Of a DNA stretch of 64,000 bases, positions 1 to 8,378 are shown piece after piece; position 1 is the first letter of the stretch; each line of letters starts with the position of its first letter. The position numbers and the translations under genes are program-made. A model generated the notes under the pieces. It saw nothing but the letters and a program-made list of their open reading frames with translations, was not told the DNA's origin and did no database searches. The DNA is taken from the IMG/VR virus record IMGVR_UViG_3300027974_001530; one strand, given 5' to 3'. This DNA is from a virus (taxonomy: Duplodnaviria; Caudoviricetes).

Positions 1-2681
1 CCATCTACTATATTTAAATCACCAATATTATATAAATTAATCCCTGAAACAATATTAATTTCTTTATTAAAAATTTCAGATCCTTTTGTATCTTTAATTA
101 TTAGTTTTCCATTACCAATCATATTTTTATTGTTTAACACAACTTGAAAATCTCCAGAACTAGGATTTGGAAATATGAGAAAATAACCTTTTGAATTTCC
201 ATTACAAATAACATTTATTGGTCCATACTCTTTATTCACTCCGTCTATGTCATATTGAAGAAGTTTATAATAGTTATTTCCATCAATTGCGTTTTCATCT
301 TTTGTCGTGTAGGTTAACTCTTGAGTTGAGTTTCCTGCCGAATTCAAAGTTGTTAATTTAGACCAATTAATACCATCTCTTGATTTAAGAACATCAAAAT
401 AGTCAGAGTTATGTTCGGTTGCCGTTTTCCAATTTAAAGTAATTAAGTTGTTATTACAAGACCCATCAAAAGATAATAGTTCCACAGGAAGAGCACCATT
501 AGTAATAATATTAAAAAATCTGGTTTGAGTTCCACAATTTGAAGCGTTTGATACCGTAACCCTAACAGAACCATTAGTTGTTGTCTGTGGCCAAGTAAAT
601 GTAATTGATGGAGAGTTAGAATTTGGAACGTTTATCCAAAGTTGTGCGGTTACGGACTGTGTGTATGCCCATTGGTATGTTGCGTTTGCTACCGGTGTTA
701 TTGAATAACTTTCTTGTGTTCCGGCAATTATGGTATTATTACCAGATATTGTAGACACAAAACCAACAGAAGGATTTACGGTTATTGTTGTTGAAGTTGA
801 TGCCGAACATCCATTTGCCGTTGCGGTTAATTGATAGGTCTGTGTAGTCGTAGGAGAAGCAAATGGACTTGGAGCACTTGCATTTGTAAGTCCGTTTGAA
901 GGTGTCCATAGATATGTTACACCGGGAGAAGACCCACAAGATGATATTGATTGTGTTATGCTCTGTCCACCAACTAAACTTCCACTTAGGACCGTTGTTC
1001 CGTTACAAGTTACCAAATAATTTGCCGTGTTGTCATTCCATATTCCTTGAGTTTCCACATTAAATGTATATGGGCCATTTGCCGATGAACCGATTGGAAT
1101 TATATTTGTTGACCCTAAACCATAAGGTCCACCTGAACCAATTACAGCCCCTAAACTATTTGTTAAAGTCCAAGAACTTTCGTCTAAGAATCCACTGGTG
1201 GAGATGGTTACAACAAGATTTCCTGGTGATGACACTCCACTAATGTTAGATATCAATTGGGTATTTGATCCGTTACATATTGTATTGGTTGCCGCACTTA
1301 TAGTTACAGTGGGATTAGGGTTAACTGTTATTGTTGTTGAAGCGCACCCACTACTAAAAAGACCTCCGTTTAGATTTCTCGCATAGTATGTAGTGGTTGA
1401 TGCAGGACTTACCGAGATGGAATTTCCAGTTGACACGAAAGTGGATGCACAACCTCCTATATACCAATAAACCACACCCAAAGCGCCATTTGCGGTTAGA
1501 GTGGTAGATGATCCATTACAAATAGTATTTTGTGTCGCAGATATTGATGTTGGGTCTGCTGGCGGGGGAGATATACAAGTTAGACCAATAGAAAAACTAC
1601 TACTTGCGCTATACCCATGAACTAATATATAGTAATTTGTTCCAATTGACGAAGTCCATGAAAATGAGGCTGATGAACTAGAACAAGCGGGCCCAAAATC
1701 ATCATTACCTCCAACACATGATAATGTTGAGCAATTAGGACCACTAAATACAGACATTTTACTATCCCATGCCGTTGCACAAAGATTTGCGGTCATAATT
1801 TGTCCGTTTCCTGAAATAACATACCAAACACCGGGTTGTGTTTGACTAACAGAACATAAACCATTTTCACCCGTTCCAGAGTTAGTTGCATTTACGGTGG
1901 TTCCTGATAGTGTTTGACCACAAGTAATTGGAGTTGAGTTACATACTAAATCGTTGGATGGGGGTGGTGGTGGTGCACAAGTTAGACAAGTAATATAAGA
2001 TGTTCCACAACTTGAAGCAGTTCCACAAGTGTTATTTGTGTTGTAATGAACAAAATATGTTCCTGAGGACGGACAAACCCAATTTAGTGGAGAGTTTCCA
2101 CTAGTTACTACAGTACCATTATAAGTTCCAGATCTAACTGTGATATATCCACCTAAATTGTAATATGATTGATATGTTTGTCCTGCAACACAAGAATAAA
2201 TTGTATTATATTCAGTTTGGTATTGACAAGTACTGATGGTTACAGTTGTTGGTGTTGATGGTGCAGTTGCCGTCATGTAAGAGGAAGTATTAGTACATGG
2301 GCCGGCAGCAACTGCGGCACAACTACCTAATACTGTTTGTCCTCCCGTAGTTGCGGTTCCGGCAACTGGTTGTATAGTATTGATTATGATAGATCCTGAG
2401 CCATTTAGAACCTGTATACGCATTTCGGAAGGGTAAGACCCTGCGAGTGTTCGGTATACTCTAATGGTTGACCCAACAGATGCGGTAAATGTAGAATTAG
2501 TAGGACCTAATCCAACACAACTTAAATTAGATAAAACGGTTACTCCGTTAACGGAAACTGCGACTGTTCCTCCATTCCACCCATCACCAAAGGTATCTGT
2601 TCGTTTAATAGTGTGGAGACATGATTGAGAAAATAAGAAAGATGAAAATAGAACAAAAAGTCCAAGCAATATATTCTTCAT
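1..2681 (-). CDS. Secreted multi-domain adhesin-like protein with Sec signal peptide and T9SS (Por) C-terminal sorting domain; runs off the window edge (>=893 aa); absent from the ORF track
   Basis: Translated by hand from ATG 2681: MKNILLGLFVLFSSFLFS|QSCLHTIKRTDTFGDGWNGG. Later segments include PPSNDLVCNSTPITCG, DSKMSVFSGPNC...GGNDD, the Ig-like TICNGSSTTLTANG...SPASTTTYY, GALPVELLSFDG, NYYKLLQYDIDG and LIFPNPSSGDFQV. No stop in the many lines checked; the frame is open at base 1. Confidence 0.9.
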   Translation of the reverse strand, partial: MKNILLGLFVLFSSFLFSQSCLHTIKRTDTFGDGWNGGTVAVSVNGVTVLSNLSCVGLGPTNSTFTASVGSTIRVYRTLAGSYPSEMRIQVLNGSGSIIINTIQPVAGTATTGGQTVLGSCAAVAAGPCTNTSSYMTATAPSTPTTVTISTCQYQTEYNTIYSCVAGQTYQSYYNLGGYITVRSGTYNGTVVTSGNSPLNWVCPSSGTYFVHYNTNNTCGTASSCGTSYITCLTCAPPPPPSNDLVCNSTPITCGQTLSGTTVNATNSGTGENGLCSVSQTQPGVWYVISGNGQIMTANLCATAWDSKMSVFSGPNCSTLSCVGGNDDFGPACSSSSASFSWTSSIGTNYYILVHGYSASSSFSIGLTCISPPPADPTSISATQNTICNGSSTTLTANGALGVVYWYIGGCASTFVSTGNSISVSPASTTTYYARNLNGGLFSSGCASTTITVNPNPTVTISAATNTICNGSNTQLISNISGVSSPGNLVVTISTSGFLDESSWTLTNSLGAVIGSGGPYGLGSTNIIPIGSSANGPYTFNVETQGIWNDNTANYLVTCNGTTVLSGSLVGGQSITQSISSCGSSPGVTYLWTPSNGLTNASAPSPFASPTTTQTYQLTATANGCSASTSTTITVNPSVGFVSTISGNNTIIAGTQESYSITPVANATYQWAYTQSVTAQLWINVPNSNSPSITFTWPQTTTNGSVRVTVSNASNCGTQTRFFNIITNGALPVELLSFDGSCNNNLITLNWKTATEHNSDYFDVLKSRDGINWSKLTTLNSAGNSTQELTYTTKDENAIDGNNYYKLLQYDIDGVNKEYGPINVICNGNSKGYFLIFPNPSSGDFQVVLNNKNMIGNGKLIIKDTKGSEIFNKEINIVSGINLYNIGDLNIVD

Positions 2682-2729
2682 AGTAAAAATAAATAAAATA
2701 AAATTATTTACTCTCTTGAAGAATCTTTT

Positions 2730-2776
2730 TAGGAAACCCCCATCTTCCATGGGCCGGTCGAGTTCACTAATAAATA
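2730..2776 (-). promoter_or_regulatory. TATTTAT late-type motif (2776-2770) followed by a GC-rich leader hairpin upstream of the T9SS gene
   Basis: Minus strand reads TATTTATtagtgaactcgaccggCCCATggaagATGGGggtttcc, a GC island in AT-rich DNA. Confidence 0.5.
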
Positions 2777-2839
2777 CGAATATAATTGGGATTAGTGGTT
2801 AATAAATCCTCGTATTGAGCAAACTATGATTTTAGTTTA

Positions 2840-4096
2840 TTATTTAATCTTCCAATCTTTAATTTCGGTTTCTATTTTTCTTTTACCGTATTTTTTTTCC
2901 ATAAGTTTCTGGTGTAAATCCCAATTTAATATAGATTCGTTTGTTTGTTCTTTCTCATCAGGAATAAGTGAATATATTTTAGAAAGTCTTTTAATTAATT
3001 TTGTTGCAACATAATTAAATCTTTCGCACTCATCAACAAAGAACCGTTCTTCTTTATTTCGGTATCTAGCAATGTGGTTTAAAAACTTATTTCTAACTTT
3101 CTCCAATCCTTCACTATTATTATCTTTAACCATATGCCCCATACCCATCATTCTCATAAATGCCGCGGCTCTATCATTCATATCCTCTGTCATTCTATCA
3201 AAAATATCTTTTTTAGCACTTATTAGATTAATATAAACCAAATCCATAAGTACATATATTTTTTTATCTTCAGACATATCTTCATAAGGTACTCCAGCAT
3301 GTGATAATAAAGAATCAATTCTATCCATTTGTTCGTGTAGTTTTTTAACTAAATTAGTATAACTAAAATATCTAATTTCTTTTAGTTCTTTAACTACTTT
3401 ATCGTTTTCAAAAAATTCTCTAAACTTTTCTTTTGTAATACCGGTTAATTTCATTCTTGTTGCAATTTCAGTTGGTCTAACAAGGTTCTCAACGTGTTGA
3501 ATAAAATAACTGTGTCTCATAAATTCATTAATCACTGGAATTCCAAAGTTTAATCCTGAACTAGTGTATGCTTGGTAATCAGCATCTTTACCTATCAAAT
3601 CCGTTTCTTTTTTTTGTTTATCAAACTTATGTTTAATTTCGTGAGCAATTACAGATATAAATTCAACCTTATCTTTACTAAAATAGTTATAAATGTCTTC
3701 AGAATCCCAATTATCCTCATTTGATCCAAAATTTAAAGATAATTCAATACTATTATCTAATTTATGCACCTTCATTAATATTTTTTTATCAAAATTAAAT
3801 TGGCTTGCAACTCCAGCAGACATCATAACAAGAGGTCCATCATAATCATCCATTTCGTTAATTTCAACTCGTAATTCTAACTCGTGTATTTTATAATCAG
3901 ATATTGTTAAATCTAAATTGTTTTCAGTAAATGTTTGTGTGGTATTGTAATCGTCCATACCTTTTAATAGATTCAAAATGATTTCATATAATTTTTCTGC
4001 TGATTCAATAATACCTTCTGGAACACCAACTGCCTCACTTAATAGATTTTTTACTATCAAGTCCATTTGTCTTTCTGTAATAATAATTTTTGTCAT
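2840..4096 (-). CDS. Putative virion/head-associated protein with an HExxH zincin-like motif
   Basis: N-terminal KIIITERQ...LLSE leader, VIAHEIKH motif, and TATTTAT at 4107-4101. Confidence 0.6.
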   Translation of the reverse strand: MTKIIITERQMDLIVKNLLSEAVGVPEGIIESAEKLYEIILNLLKGMDDYNTTQTFTENNLDLTISDYKIHELELRVEINEMDDYDGPLVMMSAGVASQFNFDKKILMKVHKLDNSIELSLNFGSNEDNWDSEDIYNYFSKDKVEFISVIAHEIKHKFDKQKKETDLIGKDADYQAYTSSGLNFGIPVINEFMRHSYFIQHVENLVRPTEIATRMKLTGITKEKFREFFENDKVVKELKEIRYFSYTNLVKKLHEQMDRIDSLLSHAGVPYEDMSEDKKIYVLMDLVYINLISAKKDIFDRMTEDMNDRAAAFMRMMGMGHMVKDNNSEGLEKVRNKFLNHIARYRNKEERFFVDECERFNYVATKLIKRLSKIYSLIPDEKEQTNESILNWDLHQKLMEKKYGKRKIETEIKDWKIK

Positions 4097-4122
4097 ACAT
4101 ATAAATATTATGGTGTTGCGAT

Positions 4123-4776
4123 TTAACCCACAACACCAACTAATCCATCCAAGTGATGATCTCCTGACATATCAGAACCAACTGTTCTTTTATCCATTAT
4201 TTTAATGATATCAGAAATACTATATGGATCCATCCCATTACCATCAACACCAACGTCCATTCTTCTACCATTACCAAATTTTCTATTTTCCGGTAAGTGA
4301 ACGTGCCCATGAAGGTGTATTACACCTTTGTTTAGTCCATTCCAACTTTGTAGTGGGTAGTGACATAACACAAAATCTTTACCTTCAATGTTCACTTCCA
4401 AATAATGTTGAACACTTAAAAACCTTTTTTGAACAAAATCATAGTTTCTGTCAATATGGTGATCGTGATTCCCTAATATTAAGTGAATGTTGTGACAAAC
4501 CAACCTTTCAAGAAAGATTCCAATATTATCAAATCCACCAAATGAAACATCACCCAACATAATTAGAGTGTCTTCCTGACCCACAAAATGATTTATACCA
4601 TCAATCAAACGTTCATTCATCTGTTCAATAGTTTGAAAGTCACGAGTAGAACCCACCGGTACTTCACCATCTTGTGTTCTCCAATTGGTAGTTCCTCTTA
4701 CAATATTTTTGTGACCGTAGTGTGTATCACTTGTAATCCACACTTTTCCTGTTGTCAATATTTTTTTAAAACTCAT
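4123..4776 (-). CDS. Calcineurin-like metallophosphoesterase
   Basis: Motifs SDTHYGH, LGD, GNHD, CHYP and HLHGHVH. Confidence 0.9.
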   Translation of the reverse strand: MSFKKILTTGKVWITSDTHYGHKNIVRGTTNWRTQDGEVPVGSTRDFQTIEQMNERLIDGINHFVGQEDTLIMLGDVSFGGFDNIGIFLERLVCHNIHLILGNHDHHIDRNYDFVQKRFLSVQHYLEVNIEGKDFVLCHYPLQSWNGLNKGVIHLHGHVHLPENRKFGNGRRMDVGVDGNGMDPYSISDIIKIMDKRTVGSDMSGDHHLDGLVGVVG

Positions 4777-5162
4777 AATTTTATATTAAAACGATTACGC
4801 ATTTGTTCTAACTTATCTTCAGGTACTCCATGTTGGTTTACTCCCCCATGCCTGTTTTCAACTACCACTGAAAAAACAGTATACCCATATTCTTTTGCCA
4901 ATTCAAAGTATACTTCAAGTTCCCACTCTTGTGTTGAGGTATTGGAAACCACAATCTTTGGGTACTCCAATATCATGTCTGTTTTAATCATTCCTTGGCA
5001 CCATTGGTGAGCATCTTTGATTTTAGTAAAATCAAAATTATATTCCCCATTCTCACTAATGAAGAACATATCCGCTTCATAATGTTGCCCTCCCAAAGTT
5101 TTTGCAAATGTTGATTTTCCTGATCCCGGAATTCCTCTAACAATATATAATACTTTTTCCAT
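4773..5162 (-). CDS. P-loop AAA_33 / polynucleotide-kinase-like protein
   Basis: Walker A RGIPGSGKST, YEAD, VVSNT and HGVP; 4-bp overlap with the phosphoesterase gene. Confidence 0.85.
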   Translation of the reverse strand: MEKVLYIVRGIPGSGKSTFAKTLGGQHYEADMFFISENGEYNFDFTKIKDAHQWCQGMIKTDMILEYPKIVVSNTSTQEWELEVYFELAKEYGYTVFSVVVENRHGGVNQHGVPEDKLEQMRNRFNIKL

Positions 5163-5165
5163 ATC

Positions 5166-5378
5166 TTACGCCTTTACCCAACCAAAATTATTTCCAGGAT
5201 TAACTTTAATCATCCCTTTTTCTAACAAATCAAAAGCAATATTCCAAGCCTTGTACGCGATTACTTTATCATAACCCTTTTTATCTTTAGTGGTGTAAAA
5301 AACATAATCAAATTGCCATACAACACCCTCTCTTTCCAAGAGATCCATAAATAATTGTTCTTTCTTTGTTATTTTCAT
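5166..5378 (-). CDS. Hypothetical early protein (start revised to MKITKK)
   Basis: The ATG at 5378 sits just downstream of a TATCTTTG promoter; the ORF-track extension crosses a terminator. Confidence 0.75.
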   Translation of the reverse strand: MKITKKEQLFMDLLEREGVVWQFDYVFYTTKDKKGYDKVIAYKAWNIAFDLLEKGMIKVNPGNNFGWVKA

Positions 5379-5382
5379 AAGA

Positions 5383-5413
5383 CAAAGATAATGTTTTTTT
5401 TTAAATAAACAAA
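5383..5413 (-). promoter_or_regulatory. Bacteroidota housekeeping promoter (-33 TTTG / -7 TAnnTTTG)
   Basis: TTTG (5413-5410), 19-nt spacer, TATCTTTG (5390-5383). Confidence 0.75.
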
Positions 5414-5441
5414 AAAAAGGAACCATTTCTGATTCCTTTTT
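5411..5441 (-). terminator. Intrinsic terminator
   Basis: AAAGGAA/TTCCTTT stem with a T-run on the minus strand. Confidence 0.6.
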
Positions 5442-5500
5442 AGGGTCGCACAAGGATTGTGTCGATCTTCCACCACTTTGTTTTAAAGTTAACAAAGAAA

Positions 5501-5776
5501 CTATTTTGTCACAAGTGCCTCAATTTTACTCTTAACTTGTTCTACCATTGTTATTTCCTTTATGTTTGTAACAATAACAGAGTCTTTTAGAATTCTATTA
5601 GGTATGTTCACAAAAAATGTATCTCCATTGAAGAATGTAAGGTCTTCTCCTAATTCAACACACCCGTGTATCATTTTAAGGAACAATTTAAATTGTATTT
5701 GGTCCATGAAAGTTTCGTTGATAAGATCACCAAACTTTTCATTCATAACTCTAATATTAAAACCCGTCTTATTCAT
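5501..5776 (-). CDS. Hypothetical early protein (start revised to MNKTGF)
   Basis: ORF with a TATATTTG promoter at 5788-5781. Confidence 0.75.
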   Translation of the reverse strand: MNKTGFNIRVMNEKFGDLINETFMDQIQFKLFLKMIHGCVELGEDLTFFNGDTFFVNIPNRILKDSVIVTNIKEITMVEQVKSKIEALVTK

Positions 5777-5780
5777 ACCA

Positions 5781-5812
5781 CAAATATACATTATTTATTT
5801 AAAAACCACAAA
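5781..5812 (-). promoter_or_regulatory. Bacteroidota housekeeping promoter
   Basis: TTTG (5812-5809), 20-nt spacer, TATATTTG (5788-5781). Confidence 0.75.
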
Positions 5813-5823
5813 TTTTATTATAA

Positions 5824-6015
5824 TTAATTTTTCATTTCTAACCAAATTTCATTCAACTTGTCAATTGAGATCTCCTGACTAAGGTCTTCGTATCTGTTTG
5901 TTAGGATTTTAACAAACCGAATTCTTTCTTTAGCCAACTCAGGATTAAATCCCATTTCAATCAATGCGTCGCTAAGATGACTATTCACGGCAATATACAA
6001 TTTAGTGCTTCTCAT
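5824..6015 (-). CDS. Hypothetical early protein
   Basis: 63-aa ORF with TATATTTG at 6037-6030. Confidence 0.7.
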   Translation of the reverse strand: MRSTKLYIAVNSHLSDALIEMGFNPELAKERIRFVKILTNRYEDLSQEISIDKLNEIWLEMKN

Positions 6016-6056
6016 ATTTTTTATTTAGACAAATATAAAAGAAAATATTAGATAAA

Positions 6057-6093
6057 AAAAATCCACAAAGAAATTTTACAATTTTGTGGATTT
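6057..6093 (-). terminator. Intrinsic terminator after the NUDIX gene
   Basis: AAATCCACAAA/TTTGTGGATTT stem plus an A/T run. Confidence 0.65.
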
Positions 6094-6171
6094 AATTTTG
6101 ATAAACCATTACTAGTTTTGAAAGGGGTAATGCTTTTTGTGTTAAATAAATATATGGTACTTTAACAAAAA

Positions 6172-6597
6172 TCAATCTTTATTAAAGATATTCATAATTA
6201 TTTTCTTAAAATCTTTGTTTTTTTCATTTAATGGGTTATTTGTTTTTGTAAAATACCCACATTTGGTATGTTCAAACCCATCTCTAGCCTTTTTTAGATC
6301 CGGATTAATTTCTTGATTTGTATTATATTGATATACATACATAAGACCTTTTTTAGTTTCTCCATCTCTTTTGTACATATTAAGAATGTCAACAATATTT
6401 AAATCACCTTTTAATTTAATATTAGTTTCCTCATAAAACTCCCTTATAGCCGCCTCTTTTGGGGTTTCATTTCCTTCAACCTTACCAGATGGTATGGACC
6501 ATTCATTTGGTAAAGTTTTATTCGGTGACCTTTTACAAAGTAAAACTTTATCTTTGTTTTTTACCACCACACCTGAATATCTGTTAAATTCTGCCAT
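6172..6597 (-). CDS. NUDIX hydrolase (start revised to MAEFNR)
   Basis: Nudix box GKVEGNETPKEAAIREFYEET. Confidence 0.9.
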   Translation of the reverse strand: MAEFNRYSGVVVKNKDKVLLCKRSPNKTLPNEWSIPSGKVEGNETPKEAAIREFYEETNIKLKGDLNIVDILNMYKRDGETKKGLMYVYQYNTNQEINPDLKKARDGFEHTKCGYFTKTNNPLNEKNKDFKKIIMNIFNKD

Positions 6598-6604
6598 GTT
6601 AATA

Positions 6605-6616
6605 TATTTATAAATA
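6605..6616. promoter_or_regulatory. Palindromic TATTTATAAATA: a late-type motif on both strands between divergent genes
   Basis: Perfect 12-bp palindrome in the 18-bp gap between the NUDIX and DUF192 starts. Confidence 0.6.
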
Positions 6617-6963
6617 TGGATATAATCATAAATAATAACAAATACACAGTTAAACCTGTTATCACACAAAAAGATATCTCAAATGGAATGATGAATAAAA
6701 AATTCAATAATTCTTTTGATGGTATGTTATTTATTATGGAAGATGGTGATCATAGTTTTTGGATGAAAAACTGTATAATCCCTTTAGATATTATATTCAT
6801 AAAAAATAACGAAGTAACGGAAATACACCACAACTGTCTTCCTTGTAAAGAAGAAGAGTGTGAAAGATTTGAAGGGTATGGTGATATGATATTAGAAATA
6901 CCGGCAGGACATTGTGAAGAATATAATATCGTTGAGGGTAATAAGATTACTTTTCACTATTAA
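6616..6963 (+). CDS. DUF192 family protein
   Basis: GMLF...SFWMKNCIIPLDIIFI...ILEIPAG. Confidence 0.85.
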   Translation: MDIIINNNKYTVKPVITQKDISNGMMNKKFNNSFDGMLFIMEDGDHSFWMKNCIIPLDIIFIKNNEVTEIHHNCLPCKEEECERFEGYGDMILEIPAGHCEEYNIVEGNKITFHY

Positions 6964-8326
6964 TCTTTGTTTGTAAAATTTCGTAAAACTTCTGTTGTAT
7001 TTCTTTTGTTAGATCAACATAACTTTTTTGTCCATTCCCATCTTTTTTTCTATATAAAGAATTAATACCTGAAATATTAGTAATACATTTATGTCCACCT
7101 GAATTAGCATTTATGATGTCTCTACCATTTAACACAACTTTGTCCAATAGTGCAACTTGTTTTACACTTAAATTTCTGTAAGGTCTATCCATTATATTTT
7201 CTATAATCGGGAACAATGTCTCTTTTCTACCAAAAACTTTTAAGGAAGGACTTTTGCCATATATCGCCATAAAGTCTTTGAATGTAAATCCGACTGATTT
7301 GAATGTTGCTTTTTGTTCTGAAACAACTTTTAATGTTGATAATGGGACTATAATACTTTCTAATTCTGGATTCATCTCATCCAAAACCTCATTTTTTATT
7401 TCACCTAAATCAACACCTTTAAGTGCTCTTTCTTTTTTATATGGGTTACAGGAAGCCTGAACTAATCCCATTGGCCAAGCAATAACTAAAAAGTCAGCGT
7501 CAGGATTATTTTTAAAAGGCGTGTATCTATCGTAAGATCCTTGTGGTGTCATATAACCTCCACCGTATTGTACCAATATGTTTCCACTAACATTTACGTT
7601 AGGACTAACATTCATACTTTGAATATATTTTTGTTGGTTTTGTGTTAGTTTTTCTTCATTATCAAAACCTTCTCTTTTCATTATAGATTTTATCTTAAGT
7701 AGTATATTAAGTAAAGAAGGTTTACAATCTAAAACTAATTCCTCTAAGAATCCTGGTTTGTTTTTAAATGCCAATAGTAATTTGTTTGCAACTAATCCCA
7801 TTAACATTTTATTTCTTTTAACGTCAGAATTTCTATCTATCTTAAATAGATAATTTATAACTTCATCAACAGAAATATTATATTGAGCAAAATTTGCGGA
7901 GTCTACGGTAGAAATTAATGTAATATCTTCATTAGGGAATATTTCTTTAGGTGAAACACTTTGAGATATTGTCTCTACATTAGATCTTGAACTTCTAAAA
8001 GAAGTTGCAGTTCCGTCCTCAACTCCGGCTTGAGTGTCGTGGTGATCTGTATGAATAACAAACATTGGTTTACCGTGAGCAAAATCAACTAAAACAGGCA
8101 TTATATCACCTTTAGCGTCTAATTTTTTAATTGCAAACTCTTTATCTCCATATTGAATAATTTCAGCATCCACAACATTTATGTTATTTGACTCTAAATA
8201 TTCTTTCATCGCAATGGCGGTTGTTACACCATCTAAATCTTGATGAAAATAAATTTTTGCTTTAGGGTATCTTTTTGATAAATTTTTGATGTCTCTAATA
8301 CCCGATTCTTTAATTAGTCTTTTCAT
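6947..8326 (-). CDS. DHH-family phosphoesterase
   Basis: FHQDLDG, VDFAH, TDHHD, TVDSA and SGGH motifs; LIKE leader; TATTTAT at 8338-8332. Confidence 0.8.
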   Translation of the reverse strand: MKRLIKESGIRDIKNLSKRYPKAKIYFHQDLDGVTTAIAMKEYLESNNINVVDAEIIQYGDKEFAIKKLDAKGDIMPVLVDFAHGKPMFVIHTDHHDTQAGVEDGTATSFRSSRSNVETISQSVSPKEIFPNEDITLISTVDSANFAQYNISVDEVINYLFKIDRNSDVKRNKMLMGLVANKLLLAFKNKPGFLEELVLDCKPSLLNILLKIKSIMKREGFDNEEKLTQNQQKYIQSMNVSPNVNVSGNILVQYGGGYMTPQGSYDRYTPFKNNPDADFLVIAWPMGLVQASCNPYKKERALKGVDLGEIKNEVLDEMNPELESIIVPLSTLKVVSEQKATFKSVGFTFKDFMAIYGKSPSLKVFGRKETLFPIIENIMDRPYRNLSVKQVALLDKVVLNGRDIINANSGGHKCITNISGINSLYRKKDGNGQKSYVDLTKEIQQKFYEILQTKINSEK

Positions 8327-8350
8327 ACTAAATAAATACCATATAAAATA

Positions 8351-8378
8351 AAAAACCCCATTTATGAAAATGGGATTT
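8351..8378 (-). terminator. Intrinsic terminator after the methyltransferase gene
   Basis: aaaaaCCCCA...TGGGattt imperfect stem overlapping the stop codon. Confidence 0.45.

Noticed and set aside
1-2681. T9SS gene as host DNA contamination
   Set aside because: Provisionally rejected: it has the phage TATTTAT motif upstream, similar AT-rich codon style and no visible junction, but read-level confirmation is still needed.
739-3014. Short track ORFs at 739, 1198 and 2826
   Set aside because: They are off-frame or antisense shadows of the long T9SS and 2840 genes and lack recognisable motifs.
5379-5495. Upstream extensions of several track ORFs (5495, 5791, 6669, 11768, 15858, 16235, 24786, 29732, 30168, 31013, 31569)
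   Set aside because: The extensions run through promoters, terminators or neighbouring genes; internal ATGs next to the motifs are better starts.
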